Positions 33,547 through 41,665 of a stretch of DNA of 64,000 nt are shown here, piece after piece (position 1 is the stretch's first letter; each line of letters starts with the position of its first letter). The DNA is from Lentisphaerota bacterium (GTDB lineage: Bacteria > Verrucomicrobiota > Lentisphaeria > Victivallales > Victivallaceae): contig JBAWXM010000001.1 in the NCBI GenBank assembly GCA_037144075.1, positions 910 to 64,909 on the forward strand. Direction: 5' to 3'. Made by a program: the position numbers and the translations under genes. Under the pieces are notes generated by a model. That model worked only from the letters and a program-made list of their open reading frames with translations. It was not told the DNA's origin and ran no database searches.

Positions 33547-35526
33547 ATGAATATATCACCCATTAATTCGCAAATAAATGTTTCTGTTACGCCAGTCAGT
33601 AAAACTTATCACTGTGGCACTTTGACTTATACCAAAATTGGGTTATTTGTACTTTTTGCCTGGCTATTGTGGGGCGATTTCTGTTTTACCATGATGGAAG
33701 CGGTAGTACCGAGCATATTGCCACTGAAATTAAAAAGCCTCGGTTGTTCAAACTGGCTAATGGGACTGATCCTTACCACCGCTCCCGGTATTTTGAATAT
33801 GACCGTCTGCCCGTATGTCAGTTTTAAAAGCGACAGGTATCGTAGCAAATGGGGTCGTCGTATCCCGTTCATTATCTGGACAATGCCGTTTCTCTGCGGG
33901 AGTCTGGCATTAATGGGGCTGGGCGATGATATTTGCGGGGCGCTCCAGAGGAACTCGGAATTTTTGAGAAGTTTCGCGCCGGCGACTATTACTATTGCGC
34001 TGATCGCAATTTTTCTGATTATGTTCCAATTTTTTAACATGTTTGTCAACTCTGTATTCTGGTATCTGTTCAACGATGTGGTTCCCGCGCAGTTTCTGGC
34101 TCGTTTTATGGGATTGTTACGAATTGTTGGCACTGGCGCCGGAGCGTTGTACAACTTCTTTATTTTTAAATATGCAGAATCACACATGCGTGAGATCTTT
34201 ATCGGCGCTTCGGTTCTGTATTTTGTCGGGTTTGGAATTGCCTGTCTGATGATCAGGGAAGGCGAGTATCCGCCGCCGGAAGGCGAAAGCGAGAATTCAA
34301 ACAAAGGACTGAACGGCATTATCACTTTTTTCCAGGAATCATTTTCTCATAAATTTTACTGGTTCAGATTTCTTTCCACTTCATTTGCCGCCATTGCCGG
34401 CGCAATCGGCGCGTTCAATATTTTCTTCAACCGTGAAATGGGGCTTTCTCTAGACCAGATCGGCAAGATTAGCGCCATCAGTTCAATTTCGATGATGGCG
34501 GCAATGTATTTCATGGCCATATTTGTGGACAGGTGGCATCCGTTGCGTATCACCGTTTATGGCGCAGTATTCGGCGTGCTCGGCAGTCTTATGTCCATGG
34601 TGTGGATTTTCGTAACCCTGCCGGGCGACTATTTTTTCTGGCTGAATCTTGGCAATGCCGTGATAGGAGCGTTTTTGGGAGCATTAGTTGGAGTTGCCGG
34701 ATTTCCAACCGAAATGCGGATATTCCCACAGTCAAGATTCGGTCAGTTCTGTTCGGCGCAGGCGATGCTCCGTTCAACCTTCACTGTGATTTTCGGAATG
34801 TTGGCCGGATTGTTTATTGACCTGATCAGAAACCTATGTCATGGTTCTGACTACGCCTACCGTTTTATTTTCTTATGGACAACCTTTTTTTCCGCAATTA
34901 GCGCAATATTCCTGGTAAAGGTGTATATCGAATGGCATCGGATGGGTGGCGACAAGCATTTTCATCCACCCGCGCCATGGAGTCCGGGCGGTATAGAGGA
35001 AATGCCGCTGGTGCCGATTGTCGGTCCCCAGACCAAATGGCTGAATGTCTCCTTCAGGTTGTTTGACGGAATAATGGGATTATCGGTACTGAGCATTCCA
35101 ATTTTAATGTGGTTGATGTATATAAAACACCAGATGTTCGCATTCAAGTGGTATGGACTGGCAGTATTGCCACTGTGCATAGGTGGTTGGCTGTGCTGGA
35201 TTGTACTGAAACAGAAGATCAGGTGCGATGTGGCAGCGGCAAAGTCAGGTTCGCCGTTACGCAACGGCATTCCGCATCATGGCATGCTGATTATGCTAGG
35301 CAGTAAATTTCTGCTTGCCGTCGGCGTCTGGGTTTGTCAGGTGCTGGTAACGGTTTACCTGAATATGGAATGCGGTTCAATTGTGTTTGGCATTGCGAAT
35401 GGACTTACCAACTTTCTGCTGATTGGAGCATTGTATCTGATGTGCAGAATTGAACATGGATTTTCCGTAACGGTCGATGAAAAGTATGAGGCGATTGATA
35501 ATATTTCAACGCCGGTCGCAATATGA
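33547..35526 (+). CDS. MFS/GPH-family sugar transporter with ~200-aa extra C-terminal membrane domain
   Basis: The SDRYRSKWGRRIPFI loop motif is typical of glycoside-pentoside-hexuronide-type MFS proteins. Multiple hydrophobic helices are present. At 659 aa it is longer than typical MFS proteins of about 450 aa. Confidence 0.7.
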   Translation: MNISPINSQINVSVTPVSKTYHCGTLTYTKIGLFVLFAWLLWGDFCFTMMEAVVPSILPLKLKSLGCSNWLMGLILTTAPGILNMTVCPYVSFKSDRYRSKWGRRIPFIIWTMPFLCGSLALMGLGDDICGALQRNSEFLRSFAPATITIALIAIFLIMFQFFNMFVNSVFWYLFNDVVPAQFLARFMGLLRIVGTGAGALYNFFIFKYAESHMREIFIGASVLYFVGFGIACLMIREGEYPPPEGESENSNKGLNGIITFFQESFSHKFYWFRFLSTSFAAIAGAIGAFNIFFNREMGLSLDQIGKISAISSISMMAAMYFMAIFVDRWHPLRITVYGAVFGVLGSLMSMVWIFVTLPGDYFFWLNLGNAVIGAFLGALVGVAGFPTEMRIFPQSRFGQFCSAQAMLRSTFTVIFGMLAGLFIDLIRNLCHGSDYAYRFIFLWTTFFSAISAIFLVKVYIEWHRMGGDKHFHPPAPWSPGGIEEMPLVPIVGPQTKWLNVSFRLFDGIMGLSVLSIPILMWLMYIKHQMFAFKWYGLAVLPLCIGGWLCWIVLKQKIRCDVAAAKSGSPLRNGIPHHGMLIMLGSKFLLAVGVWVCQVLVTVYLNMECGSIVFGIANGLTNFLLIGALYLMCRIEHGFSVTVDEKYEAIDNISTPVAI

Positions 35527-35699
35527 TATTCATTTATTCATGATTAAGTGCTTAATGCCAATTGTGGTATTTCTTTAATAGCAGCGTGGCTCCGGAATGT
35601 AAAAATTATAATGAAGTTTGACACAATGAGATAAAGGCATCAACACCCATAGCGGCATTGCCAAGTACTCAAAAGTTATACAGAAGTTATACGTACGAT

Positions 35700-35922
35700 G
35701 TTGAAAATCAACACAAAAACTGGAGGTAAAAAATAAAACCATAGGATGATTGTATCTAAATCTTGGGTTTCTTACTGAAAACAGCCGTTTGCCCAAATAA
35801 AATCATGCTCAACGCATGACTGGCAGAAAAAATGGTAAATAAGGAATCAGATATCTACCGTCAACGACAAAAAAACAGTAAAAAAAAACGAAAGTGAGAA
35901 AATAAAAATCTTACGGAATTAA
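35700..35922 (-). repeat. Conserved ~225-nt element E, copy 1, ending 25 nt upstream of the GH4 start codon
   Basis: It is the reverse complement of 45435-45659 at roughly 80 percent identity by eye. It contains TCATGC-N5-GCATGA at 35803-35819. Confidence 0.7.
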
Positions 35923-35947
35923 CATCACAAAATTAAGGATTGATAAT

Positions 35948-37294
35948 ATGGGTTCAATGAATGGTTCAAAAATAGTAATGGTTGGTGGTGGCAGTTATAA
36001 CTGGTGTCCTCGTCTTATCAGTGACATGGTACAGACCCCGGAACTGGAAAAGAGCGAGGTCATCTTACTTGATCCCAATCTTAAAGCGGCGCAAGAGGTA
36101 AAAGCTGCTGCCGAAAAGATTGCCGCTTCATTTAAACGCAAATTTAAATTTATCGCGACCTCTGATGAAAACTCCGCTTTCAAGGGGGCTGATTTCGTCG
36201 TGATTACGATTTCCACTGGCGGACTGGAGATGATGCGGCATGATCTGGTCATTCCTGACAAGTATGGGATTTATCAAACTGTCGGAGATTCTGTTGGACC
36301 CGGTGGGTGGTCACGGACATTGCGTAACGTGCCGGTGTTTGTTAAAATGGCACAGAAGATTGAAAAATTATCTCCAGGTGCGATTATTCTGAATTATACG
36401 AATCCGATGGCCGCCCTGACCGGGGCTATCGTTGCGGTTTCTTCGCTCCGTACTGTTGGCTTGTGCCACGGTGTTTTCGGTACTTACCGGATGCTGGAAA
36501 GCATTTTTGGAGTAACGGAGAAAGATATTGCGATGAACTTCTGTTGCGTCAACCATTTTTTCTGGGTGCTGGATTTTAAAATCAAAGGACAGGATGGTTA
36601 TGCCATGCTAAAACGCAAACTTGGCGGAAAATCGCTGGACAGTGTATTGCAAAGCGATATCGACAATGCAGGCTTTTTACATTCCAACCATCTGCTTTGC
36701 GATGAACTGCTGAGAGAATACGGGTATCTGACCTATGTTGGCGACCGTCATACTTGTGAATTCTTTAATGTTTACCTGACCGACAAAAAAATGATGAAGC
36801 GCTTTAAACTGGTCAGGACTTCTGTCGAGGAGCGTTATGCCAGCCTGGAGCGTGGACGGCAGATGACGCTTGATTTAGCTACTGGTAAAAATGCTCCAAC
36901 AGCCAGAAGCCGCGAAACTGCAGTGGATATCATGAAATCATTTGTTACCAACCAGCCGTTTGTTGATGTTGTCAATATGCCGAACATTGGACAGATTGAT
37001 AATCTGCCGCGCGGCGCAGTAGTCGAAACGCTCGGCTTGGTCAATTCCCGCGGTTTTAGCCCGATCTCTGCTGGACCATTGCCAGAACAGCTACTGCCAC
37101 TAGTAGAACCGCATTGCCGGGTACAGCAAATGACGCTGGACGCGGCGCTAAAAGGGGACAAGGAACTTGCATTGCAAGCGTTGATGCTCGATCCGTTATG
37201 TGCAAATCAACCGCCATCGGATATCCGCAAGATGGGGCTGGAACTTATAAAGGCAACCCAAGCTTGGCTTCCACAATTCCAGTTTGGTAGATAG
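35948..37294 (+). CDS. GH4 family NAD/Mn-dependent glycosidase (alpha-galactosidase/alpha-glucosidase type)
   Basis: KIVMVGGGSYNWCPRLISDM, NYTNPMAALTGA and VGLCHGV are canonical GH4 blocks. Confidence 0.88.
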   Translation: MGSMNGSKIVMVGGGSYNWCPRLISDMVQTPELEKSEVILLDPNLKAAQEVKAAAEKIAASFKRKFKFIATSDENSAFKGADFVVITISTGGLEMMRHDLVIPDKYGIYQTVGDSVGPGGWSRTLRNVPVFVKMAQKIEKLSPGAIILNYTNPMAALTGAIVAVSSLRTVGLCHGVFGTYRMLESIFGVTEKDIAMNFCCVNHFFWVLDFKIKGQDGYAMLKRKLGGKSLDSVLQSDIDNAGFLHSNHLLCDELLREYGYLTYVGDRHTCEFFNVYLTDKKMMKRFKLVRTSVEERYASLERGRQMTLDLATGKNAPTARSRETAVDIMKSFVTNQPFVDVVNMPNIGQIDNLPRGAVVETLGLVNSRGFSPISAGPLPEQLLPLVEPHCRVQQMTLDAALKGDKELALQALMLDPLCANQPPSDIRKMGLELIKATQAWLPQFQFGR

Positions 37295-37296
37295 CA

Positions 37297-38082
37297 ATGA
37301 AAAAAATATTTTACGGCAAAACTGAAGTCGTTTTATGTGACGATGCAGGTGATCTTGGAAAAAAATCAGCAGGCACGGTTGCGAAAACGATGAGGATGGT
37401 GCTCGCGGAGAAAGGAAAACTACGGTTAGTTCTGGCGGCAGGTGAAAGTCAAAGCACATTCCTGAATGCACTGGCTTGTGAAGCCGGGATAGATTGGAGC
37501 CGAGTTGAATGTTTCAATATTGATGATTTCTGGGACGTTCGCATGCCGGAAAAATTCACCTGCGGTTATCAAACGACAAAAGAATTGTATAATAAAATAA
37601 ATGCAGGATCGGTAAATCTTGTTCGTTATGATGCCGTTGATCCGGAAGCTGAATGTCTGAGATTTGAAAAATTATTGAGAGCAAAACCGATAGATATTTT
37701 ATGTCAGGGAATTGGAACTTCTGGTCATCTTGCATTGAACGAACCTTTTGATGTTGATTTCAATGATGAAAAATGGGTGAGGCTTGTAAACGTCGCTGAG
37801 CAATCTAAAAAGCAGCTCCGGGCAGATCCCAATTTTAAAGAGTTAGGCTACATTCCGGAAAAAGGGATAACTATGACAATTCCGGCAATTCTGTCGGCGA
37901 GGCATTGTTATACGATGGTTCCACTGAAACTGAAGAAGCAGATACTCACCAGGCTTGCTGCGGCTGATGTCCAGTCAGAGGCTCTTCCGGCAACGGTACT
38001 GCTGAATGTAAACAGCACCATTTTTGTGGATATGGATTCGTGTCCTGACGCATGGAAAGACAAAGTATATATTAAACAGTAA
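37297..38082 (+). CDS. Glucosamine-6-phosphate deaminase / 6-phosphogluconolactonase family protein (NagB-like)
   Basis: LVLAAGESQSTFLNAL and QGIGTSGHLALNEP match the NagB GIGxNGHIAFNEP block. Confidence 0.8.
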   Translation: MKKIFYGKTEVVLCDDAGDLGKKSAGTVAKTMRMVLAEKGKLRLVLAAGESQSTFLNALACEAGIDWSRVECFNIDDFWDVRMPEKFTCGYQTTKELYNKINAGSVNLVRYDAVDPEAECLRFEKLLRAKPIDILCQGIGTSGHLALNEPFDVDFNDEKWVRLVNVAEQSKKQLRADPNFKELGYIPEKGITMTIPAILSARHCYTMVPLKLKKQILTRLAAADVQSEALPATVLLNVNSTIFVDMDSCPDAWKDKVYIKQ

Positions 38083-38098
38083 ATGGGGATAAAAGGTT

Positions 38099-38257
38099 AT
38101 GAAGAAACATTTTTCTAAAACACTTTTGGGGATAGGTGCGCATCATGACGATTGCGAATACGCCGCATTTGGCAGCGATTCTATTTCCTGCAATAATCTG
38201 GTGATAGCAGTTCAGGAAACCAGAACATACGATATTCTGCGTATTGTTCCGGAATAG
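38099..38257 (+). pseudogene. 52-codon chimeric remnant: PIG-L/LmbE deacetylase N-terminus fused to the last ~20 codons of a GHL6-like paralogue
   Basis: MKKHFSKTLLGIGAHHDDCEYAAFG matches the AHPDD.E motif type. It is followed by NNLVIAVQETRTYDILRIVPE, and nt 38195-38257 are near-identical to 31698-31760, the 3' end of the 29604-31760 gene. Confidence 0.65.
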
Positions 38258-38604
38258 AACTCTGTTCAAAATATTTTGATTTATGCCTGCAATGCATTTT
38301 TATCTGGGAGGCGTTCAAAAATAACCTCATACCGATTCGCAATCTTAAAGCAAGTAACGACAAGAGCAATTTTGAGAATTATTTGGGAGCGGCGACGGAA
38401 ACCCTATATGAATATCGGGGTACGGAGCCGTTTTCAAATAAACACAATAGGGCATTGCCGCAAAGCGGTTGCGTTTCCGCCATGCCGGATACGTGCTGTA
38501 CGAGCTCAGGCGCTACCCTGGTAGCGCCAGCCTCACCCGGCCCGGCAAAGACGGAATCAGCAAAAGGCCTGCAAGGCTGAATAATTATTAAAAGGTGTAT
38601 AATT

Positions 38605-39774
38605 ATGAATTCAAAAGAACGAGTGAGGGCGGCTATCGCCAAACAGCCGGTTGACCGGGTGCCGCTGGGTTTTTATCTGGTTGACCATGATACTATTTCC
38701 AAGGTAATCGGACGCCCTACATATCTCCGTAACCGTGTGGCGCAGAAAATCGCCTACTGGGAAGGACGTCGCGATGAAGTCGTGGGGAGCATGAAAGCCG
38801 ATATCACGGACTTCTATAAAAAGATAGACTGCGCTGATCTGCTGACATTTAAAGAAGGCCAGCTGGAGGGCGTCGCGGTGCCTCCCAAAGGTTTTAAACC
38901 GGAAAATCCGCCGCGCAAAATTGATGAGAATACATATGAGGAAGCCGACGGCAGTATCTGGAAATTCTCCCCGGATGCCAATGATGTCGCGCTTATTCCT
39001 CACTTTAAAGTGTCTGACGAGTTGAAAGAATATACGGTCGGGGAATTTGCCGGCCGCATTCCGCCGGCCATCCCGGATCCATCCTGTTTTGAATATGCTG
39101 ACCATCTGGTTGCTACATTCGGTAAAGATCGATATATCGCCGGTTTTTCCGGCGGGCTGGTCGCTATCACGCTGCTGGACGGTACCGAAAAAGGCCTGAT
39201 GACGCTGGCGCTGCAGCCGGACGAGATCAAGGCATGCAACGAACAGCGGGTTTTTCAGCAGAATTTTCTGGATGATTATTACATCCGTCCCGGAGTTGAC
39301 GGCGTGCTGACAGAATACGATATGGCCGGCACTAACGGCCCGCTGGTTTCGCCGTCCATGTTCCGCGAACTCTGTTTCCCGTATTACCGGAAGCGGATAC
39401 AGCATATTAAACAATACGTTCCGCAGGTGATCCTGCATAACTGCGGCAATAATCTGCCGATTATGGACATGCTGGTTGATGGCGGCATTGACGCTTATGA
39501 ATCAATTCAGACGAATTCCGCGATGAACGTGAAAGCGCTGGTCAAAAGCTATGGCAGCCGTCTATGCGTGTGGGGTGCGGTGGCGCTGGAATGGCTGATT
39601 AGCGGTACGCCCGACGATGCGCGGCGCGAAGTGCGCCGTTGTTTCGAAGATGCCAAAGACGCTACCGGATTCATCCTTGGTCCGAGCCACTCCATCGCGT
39701 TCGGGACTAAGTATGACAACTTTATGGCGATGCTGGATGAATTTGTAAAACTGCGCGATAGAATAGACTATTGA
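38605..39774 (+). CDS. Uroporphyrinogen-decarboxylase (URO-D) family protein, MtaA/CmuA-like
   Basis: The length and the VILHNCGN ... IDAYESIQ blocks resemble URO-D-fold methyltransferase/decarboxylase family members found outside haem operons. Confidence 0.6.
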   Translation: MNSKERVRAAIAKQPVDRVPLGFYLVDHDTISKVIGRPTYLRNRVAQKIAYWEGRRDEVVGSMKADITDFYKKIDCADLLTFKEGQLEGVAVPPKGFKPENPPRKIDENTYEEADGSIWKFSPDANDVALIPHFKVSDELKEYTVGEFAGRIPPAIPDPSCFEYADHLVATFGKDRYIAGFSGGLVAITLLDGTEKGLMTLALQPDEIKACNEQRVFQQNFLDDYYIRPGVDGVLTEYDMAGTNGPLVSPSMFRELCFPYYRKRIQHIKQYVPQVILHNCGNNLPIMDMLVDGGIDAYESIQTNSAMNVKALVKSYGSRLCVWGAVALEWLISGTPDDARREVRRCFEDAKDATGFILGPSHSIAFGTKYDNFMAMLDEFVKLRDRIDY

Positions 39775-40292
39775 ATTATCAGGAATAAAACACCGCCATC
39801 TCGAATGTTTTATTAACTCGACAGAGGATCGACTATATAACGTGGTTGGAGATTTCGGTTAGGCGAAGGTAAGTTAGCTCAAGTGAATTATTACTATCCG
39901 TCTGCGCTTGAGTCAGGAAGTGATTACTCATCACATTCCGGAGAGTTAGGGAAGACATGGCTTTGCAGATCATATGCTGATAGACGCATTTTTCAAGGGA
40001 CTCAAAGGCGAAGAGTAAAATAGTTCATCGATTGAACATGGTAGGTGGTCAACTACCATCGGTCAGGCTGTGGAACTATTACGTCGCGAAGAACGTACCG
40101 TAAAATTCACAGAGGTGTTCCAGTAATTCAGGAAATCGCCTGCAGTATTAAAATTTGATGATGATTAATTACGCTTTGATTTCTGAATACGCTGTTTTGT
40201 ATTTGATACCTATGTGCTCTGTCCGTGGTATTTCATTGTCTTTTTTTACCGTTATTATTGCTGGATTTGCAACCGATATTTCCTGTGGAAGA

Positions 40293-40616
40293 TATTCTCG
40301 CACACAAAGGCACGAAGCGAATGGCAGATTGTTTGCTTTGCGTCTTTGTGAGAGAAACAATCCAGAGTTCCAGAGCTACGCCCGGTATTACCGCAACGGA
40401 TTTCAATCTGCTGGCTTGATGAATTAAAAAGAACTGTTCAATAGGAACGGAACATATAAATCCAATATCCAATATCCAACACGGAATATTCAATGTCCAT
40501 GTTTACTACCGTGCTTCCACGGTTGGATATTGTGTGTTGAAATGAGTTCATATCGGTACGAGCAGTATCAGCCCGGCTTATATCTTTGTCAGGCAGCATT
40601 ACCCGGGCGGTTTTTT
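40293..40616 (+). repeat. Composite intergenic repeat C, copy 1
   Basis: It shares TATTCTCGCAC..CAAAGGCAC.AAGCGAATGGCAGA and AATATCCAATATCCAACACGGAATAT.CAATGTCCA with 54057-54577. It has an internal inverted repeat, CAATATCCAAC/GTTGGATATTG. It ends in CCCGGGCGG-TTTTTT. Confidence 0.65.
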
Positions 40617-40643
40617 AGATACCATCGCTGAAAAGATGATTTA

Positions 40644-41366
40644 CTACTCGTTATAAGCCAGGTATTTGTAGGCCTCAATCGGCAATATTTTACCCTGATA
40701 GTATTGCTGACCATGCTGATTGGATGGTTTCATGCATTCCGCGATACTGCGTTTAAGCCTGAATGAACCGTCCTGCTGTAAGTTAAGTTCGTCTGCCATG
40801 GGGAATAAAATGGAGTTATTCTTATCAATGAACTGTTGAATTTCAGGTGCTATGTTCTTTATTGTCGGCACCATAAGAATAAATGGTTTCTGGTGCGAAA
40901 GATATATCGAACTTATGGTATCAGCGAATACTGCCGGAGCAGTCCGGTAAGTGATATAAACCTCCGTGCCGGAATAGTCCCCAAGATGGCAGACATGCTT
41001 GTGTTCCTTTTGGCGGTCTTCTTCATACTTGATATTCAGTGAAGTACAAAGCGATTGATGAAAGGCTTCCCGGCGCAATGCATAAATGAGAATGTCCCGG
41101 AACTTGAGCTGTATTGGATCAGCTTGGTTCTGCGGACATACTGCCGTAATGTCGGAAGGTGAATTCTCCACCACCTGCCGCAGATAACCATGCTCACATG
41201 GTACCGGGCAATTTAGCAACTTGACGCGACGGCCATCTACCCTCAAGTAATGGGTATAGAAAGTGTTAAAACGATGCCAGCCAGACAAACTGTGCTGCCA
41301 CTCTTTCCATGCCGCTTCCTGCTCTGGCAACTCCTCTAAATAGTACCAGAAAATACGGTCGCTCAT
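40644..41366 (-). CDS. Hypothetical protein (240 aa), orphan gene
   Basis: A clean ORF with no antisense competitor. I recognise no motif. A Cys cluster CPVPCEHG...AVCPQ is present. It is isolated from neighbours by 300-nt and 870-nt non-coding stretches. Confidence 0.5.
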   Translation of the reverse strand: MSDRIFWYYLEELPEQEAAWKEWQHSLSGWHRFNTFYTHYLRVDGRRVKLLNCPVPCEHGYLRQVVENSPSDITAVCPQNQADPIQLKFRDILIYALRREAFHQSLCTSLNIKYEEDRQKEHKHVCHLGDYSGTEVYITYRTAPAVFADTISSIYLSHQKPFILMVPTIKNIAPEIQQFIDKNNSILFPMADELNLQQDGSFRLKRSIAECMKPSNQHGQQYYQGKILPIEAYKYLAYNE

Positions 41367-41665
41367 GATATTTTCTCCTCTTAAAAATATCGGCTATGAT
41401 AATTCCGCTAAAATTATCGATGACAAAACATATTATCGTTTCGTAAATATGTCTTTGTCGAGTGCTTACCTAAAAACGTTTAACTCCCTGCTTAATTTGT
41501 CCGCCGGTAGCTAGGAATTCTATTGTTTGTCGGCGAAATTGGGACACTCTAGATCAGCAAAATTAGAACATTTTCAATCGGCGTCGACACTCGACTGCCT
41601 CAGGGTGCGTCCGACAAGAGTATCGGGCGTACCATGGGCAAGCCGACGGTCGACCTGCGCGACAG

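Noticed and set aside
35575-35796. Small ORFs 35575-35796 (-) and 45513-45752 (+) sharing the peptide FRYNHP(M/V)VLFF.
   Set aside because: The shared peptide is a by-product of nucleotide-level conservation of element E. The start codons and ends are not conserved (one starts on TTG), and the frames end differently.
38380-38580. Possible cobalamin riboswitch upstream of the URO-D/MtaA-like gene.
   Set aside because: I could not find the B12-box-like consensus (AGYCMGG.G.CC.GCC type) or the GCCACTG element. It is kept only as an unassigned structured-leader candidate.
39780-40150. Possible insertion-sequence remnant, from the frame reading ...GQAVELLRREERTVKFTEVFQ.
   Set aside because: There is only a vague resemblance to IS3-type OrfA N-termini (KFTEEFK). 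No ORF of 60 codons or more, no inverted repeats and no transposase catalytic motifs are present.
40571-40616. Intrinsic terminator for the URO-D operon.
   Set aside because: The hairpin is weak (a 6-bp stem with a ~26-nt loop) and lies about 800 nt downstream of the stop at 39774. It is better explained as the conserved 3' end of repeat C.
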